A stretch of DNA of 60,918 nt, filler included, from 3 parts of 3 records of this genome joined end to end with filler, not necessarily neighbours in it, one strand, 5' to 3'. Counted from the whole stretch's first letter, positions 26,068-36,919 are shown. Numbers and translations are program-made. The notes: a model not told the origin generated them from the sequence alone.

Positions 26068-29000
26068 CTAGAAGAACTCCCGATCTCTCTTGTTCCGAGC
26101 CTGATCCTCGAAGTTTCGAAGCTGGCTCACGTTCATGGCGATTCCCTCTCGCCAGTCAAGCGCGCGACTTAGCTCGGCGCTCTCCTCGAAGGCTTCGCGC
26201 GCGACCTCGGCGCGACGCTGACGCAGGTGCAACAAACCGCGGTTATGCTGCAACTTTGCCAGCGTACGCATCTGCCCGGTGCGACGCGCGAGCTTTATGG
26301 AGGTTTGAATACAACGGTACGCATCTTCCAGGCGATTCTGGAAGATGAACATGGTCGCCATGTTCGCGCGAACGTTGATCTCGCCCCGGATGTCCTCGGC
26401 TTCGCCGACCACATTGAGCGCGAGCTGGAACATCTTCTGCGCCCCGGCGATGTCCCCATCTTTAAGGCGCAACCGCCCCAACTGATTGAGCGGCTCCCAC
26501 AACAAACTCGGTCCCCACGGGTTCTCCGTGGCCGAGATGTCTTGCTTCTCGGTCTCGTCGATCGCATCGAGCAAGAGCCGCATCGCGGCGGCGAGCTTGT
26601 TCTGCTTCTCGTACACGGTCGCGAGCATCTGCGTGGCGCGCACGAGGATCCAGAACTCCTTGTCCGTGGCGTTGCGGACCTGCGAAATCAATGGCTTGAG
26701 CACCTTCTCGAGCAGCACGGGGTCTTCCTCGTCGAGCCACATCGTGGCCAACTCCAGGCGAATCTCGTGCGCCAGCGCATCCGAGAGGTCCTTGAGCCGG
26801 TCGAGCTTGACGACCACATCGAGCGCCTCCTTGGTGCGACCCTGCGCGTGGATCACCCGCGCGAGCTCGAGCTTGAGCAGCAAACGCTTCTCATTGTCCG
26901 TGCCCGCTTTCTTTGTGACCTTGAGGTTGTGCAGCAGATGCTGCTCGGCGCTCTCGTACTCGAACGACAGCATCGCCTGTTGCTCGAGGCGATGGAGCAC
27001 CTTGCTCGCGTCATCGAAGCGCCCGAGCGCCTCGAGCTGTGCCACGATCGCGAGCAACTCATCGCGCGTGGCATCGCCGCCGCGCTCGTGAATCACCTCT
27101 TCCAGGTATTGCAGCGCGCGCTCGTGGGTACGCACCCGCGCCTTCTTGGACATCGACCGGTAGACGATCTTTCCGAGCGCTGGCGGCATAAAATACAGCT
27201 TCGCCGACAGGTCGGTCTCCTCGACCAGAATCACACCCTCGTCATACAGGTACTGGAGCGTCTCCTCGGGCTCCCAGGATGGCGAGGCCAGATCGAAGAT
27301 CGCCTGCACATCGGTCCCATCACCAAAACCAGCGAGCACGCCGAGGATGTTCTGAGCGTTGCGCGGCAGCCCGAACAGGCGCATTTGCATCAACTGCTTG
27401 ACGCTTCTTGCTTCGGCGAGCTTCTGCTCGATCTCCTCGTAGCTCGCCTCGGGCTGAGTGTTGACGAACTTGGCGAGCTGCTCGAGCTGGAGCGGGTTAC
27501 CCGCGCCGAGGCGCGCGAGCTTGTTGCGCAGCGCATCGGGCGTATCCGAGGGCAGGTTGAGCTTCAGGTAAGCCTGACTCGCGGCGTTCGCCAACACATC
27601 GAGGTGGAGCAAGCTCGCGTTGTTCGGGAAGATCGGGTGCGCCTTTCCGGGGTATGTGCGCATCGCCACGACCAGGAGTAAGCGACGCTGCTCGATGAAG
27701 TTCTTCCATCGCTCGAGCAAGCTCGCGATCGAGCCATCGCCATCATCCGAAATCTCATCGATCGTCAGCATCAATGGCCGCTGCTCGACGAGCACGTCGA
27801 TAAGCTTTCGGAACGCCGCCTCGATGGCGCGCTCGGTGCTGGACTCGCCGCCCATGGCGCGCGCCTGCCCCTTGAACGAGAGCAACTGCCTCAACCGCTC
27901 GCGCATCAACCCATCGAGCAGGCGCGCGTATTCAGCGGACAGACCTTGCTCGTGAAGCCCCACTAGGAGCTCGTCTCGCGTGCGGCCCGTCTGGCGCAGC
28001 AAGTCAGAGATCCACTGACGCACGACCTCCAGGATGCCGCCCGCAGCGTGGCCTCGCCAGCGCGAACGCAGCACCAAAACATCGCGCGGCTCGGCCAGTG
28101 AGATCGCCTCGCGGACCAGCGCGGATTTCCCGACGCCACCATCACCAGTGATTCCCATGATGGCGCCCTGTTGACGCCCGAGGCGCCCCAACGCCCCGAG
28201 GACACCCGCGATCTCACGGTCTCGGCCGATGAGATCAGCGTGGTCACTTTGCAAGGACGCCTGATCGATGTCGAGCACGCCCAACACCGGGCAATCGCCG
28301 TTCCCGGTCTGCGCTCCGAGGCGAAAGGTCGAGGAGAGCTGGTCCTGGAAATCCTCACCGACGATGAGGATCTCATCATCGGCGGCCTGACGCGAACGCT
28401 CCGTGGCGTTGTCGATCGCCAGCCCCGCCGCGCGGGCGAGGTCGCCGCCCGGCGCGAATATCTCGCCCTGGGAGAGCGCGAACCCGTAGGCGACCTGCTC
28501 TGGCGTAAACCTGCGGAGTTGCTTGCGCACCACCAGCGCGCACTGCGTCGCGCGGAAGGCGTCATCGGTGCGCGGCGCGTCGAAGCCAAACATGCAGGTC
28601 ACATAGCCGCCCTGGCGTTGCTGCACGCGCCCCTGCCATTGCTCCATCAAACCGGCGAGCTGGTGATCGAGGTGCTCGTGCAATTCGAGCAAATCCTCGG
28701 GGTCCATGGAGTGGTGCACGCGCTGATGAATCACCAACACGGTCACATTGCGACGATCTCCCAACAGATCATCGCGCAGCTCCGCGATATCGATGCCGAG
28801 CCTGGAGAACGCCGCGACGGGTTCAGGCGGGATACCTCCTGGCCTCGGCACCATGGGGGCATGATCCTCACGCGCGGTGACACGATCATCATTGGTTTCT
28901 CTGGCGACAGGCCCAGTATCCTGCGCCGAAGGCACAGCCGCGCGCGTGGAGAACTCGGCGGGCTCATGCTCCCTCGCATCTGCCGCGCCCGCCCACGCCT

Positions 29001-29698
29001 GCTTGGTCTGCGGCGGGTCCTCTCCCAACGGCAGCGCATCATCTCCAAGCTCTGGCGCGTCGCTCCCCAGCGAGCTAAACAACCCCTCGATGTCGACGAC
29101 GTTGCCGTCCGTGTCGCGATCCTCATGCTTTTGAGGTCGGGCAGCGACCGTCGCCTGAGAAGCGAGGTCTTCTTTCTTTGGCGCCGAACCCGGCACGACG
29201 CCCTCCTCGGTGGGGCGCTCTTGCCTGGGCTTTGGCGCGGCGCTGCGACGTCCTGGCCGCTTGAAGATGAACTTCGCCGCCGGCGCGCTCGAGGTCGTGG
29301 AGTTGCCCACCTCGGCCAGCGCCTCGATGAACGCGCGCGCGTTCTGATAGCGAAGCTCGGGCTCTTTCTTCAACGCCCGCAGACAGATCGACTCGAGCAC
29401 CGGATCGATCTGAATGCTCGCGTTCTTGGAGGATGGCGCGACCGGCTCGTCGCGCATGATCGAGATCAGGATCTCGGGCATCGAGCGGCCCGTGAACGGC
29501 AGCTCTCCGGTGATCATCTCGTAGAGGATGATCCCCATGGAGAACAAATCACTGCGCGCGTCGACGCGATCCCCGCGCGCCTGCTCGGGGCTCATGTAAT
29601 GAGGCGTGCCGATGACAGCACCCTGCTGTGTGAGCGGCCCCGCCTTGGCCTCGGAGCTGCGCAGGTGCGCGATGCCGAAGTCGAGGATCTTGACGAAG
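26068..29698 (-). CDS. Ser/Thr kinase - degenerate class III cyclase - STAND/AAA ATPase - TPR protein (5' truncated by contig end)
   Basis: Frame is open to the gap: VKILDFGIA, GTPHYMSPEQ, SDLFSMG; RRNVTVL..DDAFRA cyclase-like; LIGRDRE, GDGGVGKS, GNPLQL; TPR tail. Confidence 0.88.
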
Positions 29699-29798
29699 NN
29701 NNNNNNNNNNNNNNNNNNNNNNNNNNNNNNNNNNNNNNNNNNTTAATTAATTAANNNNNNNNNNNNNNNNNNNNNNNNNNNNNNNNNNNNNNNNNNNN
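29699..29798. other. Artificial contig spacer
   Basis: N44-TTAATTAATTAA-N44. Confidence 0.98.
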
Positions 29799-29819
29799 AC
29801 GCCTGAACGGCGTCGCTCG

Positions 29820-29850
29820 ACCTCTCCCGAAACGAAGTTTCGGGAGAGGT
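29820..29850. repeat. GC-rich hairpin, REP-like
   Basis: ACCTCTCCCGAAAC-GAA-GTTTCGGGAGAGGT, 14-bp perfect stem near the contig start. Confidence 0.7.
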
Positions 29851-30124
29851 ACGCCATGTGGAAATCTGCCGAAAAGCGGAATCAAAAAAACTGCTTGCCC
29901 TCCAAGAGTTGGGACCTGCTGGGCTGGTGGAGGTGACCGCAAAAAACGGGTGTTTTTGTGAAAATGGCGTGTGGAAGTGACGTGATAGGCAGAGAGATGC
30001 CCTCTCTTGGTGGCCCATCAGGTGAACGCGTGGTTGGATCCTCGTTCGTGATGGGAAAGGCTGGCGATTGATGTGATCGCGGATGCCTCCTTTTTCCCTC
30101 GTCTCATTGCAGTGTCTGCCCAAT

Positions 30125-31990
30125 ATGACTCAACGGAAGAAACGAACACGCCGTCTTGCGATCCAATCTCTCGAAACTCGCCGTGTGCTTGCCGCCAGCC
30201 TGGGCTGGGATGGGCCTGGACTGGGCAGTGCTGCCCTGACCTACACCATTACAGGATCGCCGAGCACGCTGACTCAGGAAGAGACTGATGCGGCGATCGA
30301 AACCGCGTTCAACGCTTGGGCCAGCGTCGCGGACATTGAGTTCACGGAAGTCGACCAAGTCGGACTGAATGATTCCATCGATATCTCGTTCGAGAATTTG
30401 GATGGGAGAGCGGGCACACTGGCACAGGCGTATTTCCCCGACGATGTGAACCCGGCTCGATTGGCTGGTGACATCCAGTTTGATCTTTCGGAAACCTGGG
30501 AAGTTGGCAACTCGCTGGGCAATGCCGCGTTCGATTTGGTGTGGGTCGCGGTGCACGAAATCGGTCACTCGTTGGGGCTGGATCACACCGATGCGTCCGG
30601 AAGTGTTCTGGCGCCATTTGTTTCCGCCAATCAATCGTTCACCGAATTGGACGAGGATGATGCGATTGCAATCACCGAGTTGTACGCGGCGGCAGATACT
30701 GCGGTGGACGAGCCTGTTGACGAGTTGGACCCGACCGACGAATCCGAAGTCTCGACGGACGATGAGACGACGGATGCCGCAGACGACCCGGTGTTGGAAG
30801 ATCCTTCGACGGACGAACCCGGCAATGACAATGACCAGGAATTGGATTCAGGGAACAATGATTTCCGCAACCGTTGGTTTGTCTGGAACCGATGGTTTCG
30901 AACCCGTTTTCAGCAACGATTCAGCGGGCGTTTGGATGCGGAACTGGATTCATTCAACTACGTCAATCCAACGGATGTCAACGAAGACGATCGCACAACG
31001 GCATTGGACGCGTTGATGGTCATCAATCGGCTCAATCAAGCATCGGAGGGTGAGTCCGATGACGTCGAGATAGACGGGTTGTGCGACGTCAACGGCGATG
31101 GAAGCGTGACCTCTTTGGATGCGTTGATGGTCATCAATGCGATGAACGATGCGGATGTGGACGACGCTGCTTCCGAGTCGGCGGTGACGGATGTCGACAT
31201 GGAATCGGACGAGGAGGAAGTGAACTCGGAAGCGGACTCCTTGGACGATACCGAGGTTGTGTTCGACGAGGAGGACGAATCGACGATCGACGAAGGCGGT
31301 TTGGTCGATGTTCCAACTGCCGAGGATGATGAAACAATCGACGAGGACCCCGATTCCAGTGGTGAGACGGATTCCAACGAGGGAACGGGTTCCGATGAAG
31401 AGAACGGCGACGAATCAATGGACGACGATGACATCGATGATGAGATGATCGATGACAACGAAACCATGTCCGAGGAAGACTGTGATTACCGGGCGGATGG
31501 ATTTGATCGACGAAACCACGGTTTGTTCCGTGCCGGTTTGTTCAGCGGTGACGTTGAGTCGTTGATCGAGCGGTTGGATGCGGACGGTGATTCGGCTCTT
31601 TCGGAAGCAGAAGTGTCCGAGCGGTTGTGGGAAAAACTGACTGGTTTGGAGGCCGATGGTGATGCCGATGGTTTGCTGACCGCGGAAGAATTAAAAGCCG
31701 CGTTCCTGGTCGCTCGTGAGGAACGTTTCTTATCGAAAGACACCGACGAGGACGGTTTGATCACGGAGACCGAGGTTCGCGATCGGCTTTGGGCGAAATT
31801 GGCGAAGGCGGATGCGGACGCCGATGGCGGTGTTTCTTTCTCGGAATGGGAGGCCTTTCGGGAAGAAGCTGAGGCAGCCGATTCGGATTCTGTCTCTTTG
31901 CGATCATCGCGATTGGATCGCGTCGATGCAGCGTTCAGCGTGGTGGGTCGGGATGCCCCTCGGGATCGGTTCTCGAGGTTTCGGCGATAA
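30125..31990 (+). CDS. Matrixin (M10-like) metalloprotease with planctomycete export motif, dockerin-like repeats and EF-hands
   Basis: RRLAIQSLETRRVLA; TLAQAYFP..GDIQFD; HEIGHSLGLDH; DVNEDDRTTALDALMVIN and DVNGDGSVTSLDALMVIN; DADGDSALSEAE-type EF loops. Confidence 0.9.
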   Translation: MTQRKKRTRRLAIQSLETRRVLAASLGWDGPGLGSAALTYTITGSPSTLTQEETDAAIETAFNAWASVADIEFTEVDQVGLNDSIDISFENLDGRAGTLAQAYFPDDVNPARLAGDIQFDLSETWEVGNSLGNAAFDLVWVAVHEIGHSLGLDHTDASGSVLAPFVSANQSFTELDEDDAIAITELYAAADTAVDEPVDELDPTDESEVSTDDETTDAADDPVLEDPSTDEPGNDNDQELDSGNNDFRNRWFVWNRWFRTRFQQRFSGRLDAELDSFNYVNPTDVNEDDRTTALDALMVINRLNQASEGESDDVEIDGLCDVNGDGSVTSLDALMVINAMNDADVDDAASESAVTDVDMESDEEEVNSEADSLDDTEVVFDEEDESTIDEGGLVDVPTAEDDETIDEDPDSSGETDSNEGTGSDEENGDESMDDDDIDDEMIDDNETMSEEDCDYRADGFDRRNHGLFRAGLFSGDVESLIERLDADGDSALSEAEVSERLWEKLTGLEADGDADGLLTAEELKAAFLVAREERFLSKDTDEDGLITETEVRDRLWAKLAKADADADGGVSFSEWEAFREEAEAADSDSVSLRSSRLDRVDAAFSVVGRDAPRDRFSRFRR

Positions 31991-32103
31991 ATCGATGAGT
32001 TTTGAAAAAAGCTGAAAAAGAGGTGACGGTTTGTAGTTTGCCCCGCAACTAGTTCCTTGCGAATGATGATGCGAAGTCACACTACTCTTCGGAAGGCAAT
32101 GCG

Positions 32104-32781
32104 ATGGTCGCCACGGACTCCTCATGGACGACGCGCGAAAACGATTCCAGCGACCGAGAAGGTTGGGGCAACGACGTCGGGTTCATGGAGTTGTTGGACC
32201 ACGCACGCGATGGTGACAGGGACGCGTTGGGACGACTGCTCCAGTGGTACACGAACTACTTGACGATCTTAGCCAGCACTCAGTTGGATCGTCGGCTTCG
32301 CAAACGAGTCAATCCATCGGACATCGTTCAAGAAGCGATGTTGGAAGCTCATCAGGACTTTGGCGATTTTCGTGGCACCAGTCAGGGCGAGCTGCTTTGT
32401 TGGTTGCGAACGATCTTGATTCACACGTTGCATCGCAGTTTCAAACGCCACGTTCAAGTTCAAAAACGAGACATTCGTCGCGAAGTTTCTCTGGAAGCGG
32501 TCAGCAATCGATTGGAGGAGTCGGCTTGCAATTGGGCAGGCATTTTGGCGGGCAACGAACCCTCGCCGAGTGCGCCGATGCGTGCCCGTGAAGGTGCCGT
32601 CGAATTGTCCAACCAGCTCAGCAAGCTCAAACCACATTACCGCGAAGTGATCGTCCTGCGAGTACTGCAAGGGCTATCGTTTGATGAGATCGCGGAGCGA
32701 ATGGATCGCAAGTGCGGTGCTGTTCGGATGCTTTGGTTGCGAGCGCTGGAGAGTTTCAAAGCATCCGAGGATCAGCATTGA
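32104..32781 (+). CDS. ECF RNA polymerase sigma factor, planctomycete STK-associated type
   Basis: ARDGDRDALGRLL, VNPSDIVQE, LLCWLRTIL, YREVIVLR..GLSFDEIAERM; TGATG-coupled to the kinase. Confidence 0.92.
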   Translation: MVATDSSWTTRENDSSDREGWGNDVGFMELLDHARDGDRDALGRLLQWYTNYLTILASTQLDRRLRKRVNPSDIVQEAMLEAHQDFGDFRGTSQGELLCWLRTILIHTLHRSFKRHVQVQKRDIRREVSLEAVSNRLEESACNWAGILAGNEPSPSAPMRAREGAVELSNQLSKLKPHYREVIVLRVLQGLSFDEIAERMDRKCGAVRMLWLRALESFKASEDQH

Positions 32782-35450
32782 TGGTCGCCTTTGAATTGTC
32801 GACGGATGAATCGCAATCGACGGATCCATCGCTGCTGCGCGGTCTGAATGACGAGCAACAATCTCGGCTGACGAAGTTGTTGGATGAGTACTTGGTCGGT
32901 TTGGAAAATGGCGAGTCATTGGACTCGGATGAAATCGTTCGGCAGAACCCAGACTTGGGTTCCGTCTTTCATGCCTACCTTGAAAAGCTGAGAGCTCTCT
33001 ACGGCGTGGCCGCCGGGATGCACCCCACTCTCGATGCACCGTCGGTTCCGCTGCCGGCGGACAAACAACTCGGTGACTTCCTTTTGCATCATGAGATTGG
33101 TCGTGGTGGGATGGGAGTTGTCTACGAAGCCAGCCAGCAGTCGCTTGATCGACGCGTCGCGATCAAGTTGCTGCCGCTAGCTTCCATGTTGGACTCGAAC
33201 CAGATCGCTCGTTTCAAAAACGAAGCTCACGCGGCTGGCTTGCTGCAGCATCCTCACATTGTCCCGATCCACAGCGTCGGTAGCCATCAAGGCGTTCACT
33301 ACTACGCGATGCAGTTCATCGATGGCATCGCCTTGGATGCTTGGGTGCGGGAACGTCGTGAGGAAAAAATCGCTGGTGAGCTTGCCGTGGATTCAGGGAC
33401 GTCCTCCGGCGAATCTCGGGCGGAGTCGGCGGAACGAAAACGCGACGCATGGAAGCAAGTGGTTCAGTGGGGAATCGACATCGCTGACGCGTTGCACGTT
33501 GCCCATGAAAATGGTGTGGTCCATCGTGACGTGAAGCCATCCAACTTGATGCTTGATCGATCCGGCAAGATTTGGGTGACCGATTTTGGTTTGGCTCGCT
33601 GTCAGACCGAAATGTCTTTGACTCGGTCAGGGGACGTCATTGGAACGATGCGGTACATGAGTCCCGAGCAATCTCGCGGGCAGTCGGCTTTGATTGATGG
33701 ACGAGCCGATGAATATTCTTTGGCCGCAACGTTGTACGAATGCCTGACGTTGCGTTACGCCCACGAAGGCGAAGATGCGGCAACGATTCTGAAGAAGATC
33801 GACAACGAGGAGGTGATCCCGCTGCATCTATTGCGGCCCGATTTGCCTCGTGATCTAGGCACCGTGATAGCAAAGGCGATGTCGAAGGGGCGTGAGGATC
33901 GATACGAGACCGCCAAAGAGTTCGCCGAAGACATGGATCGAGTGTTGCGGGGTGAACCCACCATCGCCAGACCACCATCGATGAGCGATCGCTTGATCCG
34001 TCTGGCTTCGAAGCATCGTCGTGTGGCACTGTCGGCGGCTTTGATTGTGACTTTGGGTTTGGTCGGGTCGGCGATTTACAATGCCAAGCTGGCAGCGGCG
34101 AAGAGCGTGTCGGATAGCAATTTGGCGCGAGCCACTCGGAGCGAGCTGTTGGCTCGCGGAGCGATCGATCGTTTGGGAGCTCAGATGGCCGAGTCGCTCG
34201 CTCACATCCCCGGGGCTGATTCGGTTCGTCGGGAGTACCTGCTGGAAACACTGCAGTACTACGAACTCTTTGCAGCGGAAGTCAAAGACGATCCAGCATT
34301 GCGCGAGGACCTGGCAATGACGCTTGCGAAAGTGGGTGATCTGCAATCTGAACTGGGGGCTAGTCAACAGGCGATCGCGGCCCTGAAACGCAGTGAATCG
34401 ATCTACGCGGAGTTGGCGGCTGATGCGGGAATCAACGATCCCGTGCGGCTGCACTGGTCGACGTGCCAGAACAACTTGGCACAAGCTTTGGTACGGGCAG
34501 GGAAACTGGAGGAGGCAGCTCGCTATTTTGTTCGGGCGATGAAACTTCAACAGAAGCTGGTCGATCAAGGACCCGCGTTTCCACAACGCCGCGAGGCCGA
34601 AGTGTTGTTGGCAACAACGATGAACAACATGGGTTTGTTGTTGATGCGAACCGATGCAAAAGCGGAAGCGGAATCGTATTTTGCGAAAGCAATTGAGCGT
34701 CTTCAGCCGCTGACCATCGAATTGGTATCAAATACAGACAAATTGTCGGAATCAAATGCGGGGGAGATTGCGAAAAAGTTGTCAGCGGTTCAGTCCAATT
34801 TGGCGGGCCTGTTGACGGAATCGGACCCTGAACGAGCGATCCGTTATGCGAGTCAGGCACTCGAGTCCCAATTGAGTTTCTTGCAGGCTGAACCAGGTGA
34901 CGCGGAGATTGCCGGACAGACGATGGTGACGCTCAATACGCTCGGCGCAGCGCAATTCGCGATGGGGAGGAATGCGAAAGCAATCGAGACATTCGAACAA
35001 GCCATTGAAATGGGCAATCAAGTGGTGCTCCGTTGGCCCAGTCACCCGAACTACCGGAGGGATTTGTCACTCAGTTTCAATCACTTGGGTTTGGTTCGAT
35101 CGAAGATGAAATCTCTGGGAAAGGCACGGGCAGCATTTGAGAAGGCGCTGGAAGTTGGACAACCGCTCGCTACTCAATTTCCAGAAGACGCCGAGACGCA
35201 GAGCATGCTGGGTGGAGTTTGGAACAACTATGGATTCCTTCAACAGCAACTGGGGGATGCTGGGGCAGCCGCCGAGGCATATTCCCACGCCATTCGCCTG
35301 CAATCCGTCGCGGTTTCGGTTGCGCCGGAAGTTGTTCGTTACAATGAATACCTGCGAAAGCACCGGGCGAATCATCAAAGCGTGATGCCTTCTGCCGGAA
35401 ACTCGCTGCCTCAAGAAGAGCTACAAGGATTGATTCATGAAGCCAATTAA
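32781..35450 (+). CDS. Membrane Ser/Thr protein kinase with C-terminal TPR array
   Basis: IGRGGMGVVY, VAIK, HRDVKPSN, DFGLAR, GTMRYMSPEQ; TM ALSAALIVTLGLVGSAIY; TPR repeats. Confidence 0.93.
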   Translation: MVAFELSTDESQSTDPSLLRGLNDEQQSRLTKLLDEYLVGLENGESLDSDEIVRQNPDLGSVFHAYLEKLRALYGVAAGMHPTLDAPSVPLPADKQLGDFLLHHEIGRGGMGVVYEASQQSLDRRVAIKLLPLASMLDSNQIARFKNEAHAAGLLQHPHIVPIHSVGSHQGVHYYAMQFIDGIALDAWVRERREEKIAGELAVDSGTSSGESRAESAERKRDAWKQVVQWGIDIADALHVAHENGVVHRDVKPSNLMLDRSGKIWVTDFGLARCQTEMSLTRSGDVIGTMRYMSPEQSRGQSALIDGRADEYSLAATLYECLTLRYAHEGEDAATILKKIDNEEVIPLHLLRPDLPRDLGTVIAKAMSKGREDRYETAKEFAEDMDRVLRGEPTIARPPSMSDRLIRLASKHRRVALSAALIVTLGLVGSAIYNAKLAAAKSVSDSNLARATRSELLARGAIDRLGAQMAESLAHIPGADSVRREYLLETLQYYELFAAEVKDDPALREDLAMTLAKVGDLQSELGASQQAIAALKRSESIYAELAADAGINDPVRLHWSTCQNNLAQALVRAGKLEEAARYFVRAMKLQQKLVDQGPAFPQRREAEVLLATTMNNMGLLLMRTDAKAEAESYFAKAIERLQPLTIELVSNTDKLSESNAGEIAKKLSAVQSNLAGLLTESDPERAIRYASQALESQLSFLQAEPGDAEIAGQTMVTLNTLGAAQFAMGRNAKAIETFEQAIEMGNQVVLRWPSHPNYRRDLSLSFNHLGLVRSKMKSLGKARAAFEKALEVGQPLATQFPEDAETQSMLGGVWNNYGFLQQQLGDAGAAAEAYSHAIRLQSVAVSVAPEVVRYNEYLRKHRANHQSVMPSAGNSLPQEELQGLIHEAN

Positions 35451-36885
35451 CGACTCGCGAATCTTATTGCTCGAACAACTTGAATCACGTTCTTTGTTGG
35501 CCGGCGGGATCTTCGCGCATTCTGATATGGGTGCTGCGAACCAAGGAATGGACCGATCGCAAATGGATCGAGCGGTTCCGGCATTGCAACGTGCAGCTGC
35601 CGAAATCAATTCCGGTAGCGCGCGTGATGGTGCGGGGATTCAGAATCGATCAGAACGTTCGCTGGATCCCGGCGGTGCACGTCCGATGCGAGACTTCGCT
35701 GCGATTTCACGCCCATCAGTACAACACGGTCATCCTGGACAACGTGATGGAGGACAGAACGATCGGGGGCAACCCATTTCCGGGCGTGAGCCTCGCGGCG
35801 GTGATTTGCGAACATTCGATCTGATTGGTCAATCGTCGCAGGCAAATTCACAAACGTCGGTCGAAGGTTCATCTAGCAATCAGAGTCTTCAGTCGTCTGG
35901 TTCCAGTTCGGTGCTGTGGACGGTTCAGTTTGTGGTTGCTGCGCCGCGACCATCCAACAGTGTGAGTGTGGGTGATGTGCTTGATGGTTGGAGCGGCGGA
36001 AGTGTTCGTTCGTCGGCGGGCGAAGGAACCGTGTTGGCTCGTGCGAACTCCGCCGCCGGTTCATCGGAGTCTGGTTCGACAGGCCGGGGCAGCGATTCGA
36101 AATCATCCGCATCGAATGTTGCAACGAGCAATACCGGTGCCGTACAAGGCAGTGGTTCGTCGGTTGCCTCGGTCGATGATTCAACAGCCTCCGTTGCAGT
36201 CGCGAACGTCGCCGAACGGACGAATCGCTCGACTGACAACTCGCAAATTGCCGCGGTTGATTCGTCGTCGCCTATCGCCGGCGAAGTGGATGGGGGAACG
36301 ATCGATTGGTTGCCCCGAGTTTCCAGCAGCGACGTGTCGCTGGAATCCTCCGGATCGGACGACGACGCATGGGAATTGGACGAACGCACGCTCGAGCAAC
36401 TTCGCAAGGTGGCTCGAGATGCAACGGATGATCTGACGGAGGGCATCGAATCGGGGCGTGTTCGTGACGCGAGCGAAACGCCGTTGTTGGAAGGACATTC
36501 TGTCGACGACGCTTTGGCAAGTTGGTTTGGCTCTCCCACCGGCTTGATCGATGGGATCCAATTCCAGGGTGCATTGCCAACGGTCGTTCCGACTTTTTCA
36601 CCTGAAATGGTGGAGATCGCTTTGGATGCAACCGTGGGAGTCCACCGGACAATCGGTCTGATGGCTTCAGCGGAGAAGGTTCCGGGCCCAGTCGTTGTGA
36701 ACGAAGTTCGCGATGCAGTGTTGGCGGCGATCGCGTTTGAGACCGATGCACTAGCACAGCCTGCTTTGGACACTCGTCCACTTCGGTTGTCAGGATTCGC
36801 CTATCCGGGGGTCGCAATCGTTGCGGGGACTTTGGCACTGAACGCACGTCGACGTCGTTCAGGAGTCCTGCTGACCAGCCGCTGA
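35437..36885 (+). CDS. Ser/Gly-rich exported protein with planctomycete N-terminal motif and C-terminal hydrophobic/basic tail
   Basis: LLEQLESRSLLA; low-complexity middle; PGVAIVAGTLALNARRRR tail; overlaps the kinase stop. Confidence 0.75.
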   Translation: MKPINDSRILLLEQLESRSLLAGGIFAHSDMGAANQGMDRSQMDRAVPALQRAAAEINSGSARDGAGIQNRSERSLDPGGARPMRDFAAISRPSVQHGHPGQRDGGQNDRGQPISGREPRGGDLRTFDLIGQSSQANSQTSVEGSSSNQSLQSSGSSSVLWTVQFVVAAPRPSNSVSVGDVLDGWSGGSVRSSAGEGTVLARANSAAGSSESGSTGRGSDSKSSASNVATSNTGAVQGSGSSVASVDDSTASVAVANVAERTNRSTDNSQIAAVDSSSPIAGEVDGGTIDWLPRVSSSDVSLESSGSDDDAWELDERTLEQLRKVARDATDDLTEGIESGRVRDASETPLLEGHSVDDALASWFGSPTGLIDGIQFQGALPTVVPTFSPEMVEIALDATVGVHRTIGLMASAEKVPGPVVVNEVRDAVLAAIAFETDALAQPALDTRPLRLSGFAYPGVAIVAGTLALNARRRRSGVLLTSR

Positions 36886-36919
36886 TCGGTGTTGCGGACA
36901 GAGCGAGTTGCAAGCTGAC

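Noticed and set aside
29930-32027. Shared GAGGTGAC upstream of the matrixin (29930) and the ECF gene (32020) as an ECF -35 element
   Set aside because: No matching -10 element at a common spacing; an 8-mer match could be chance.
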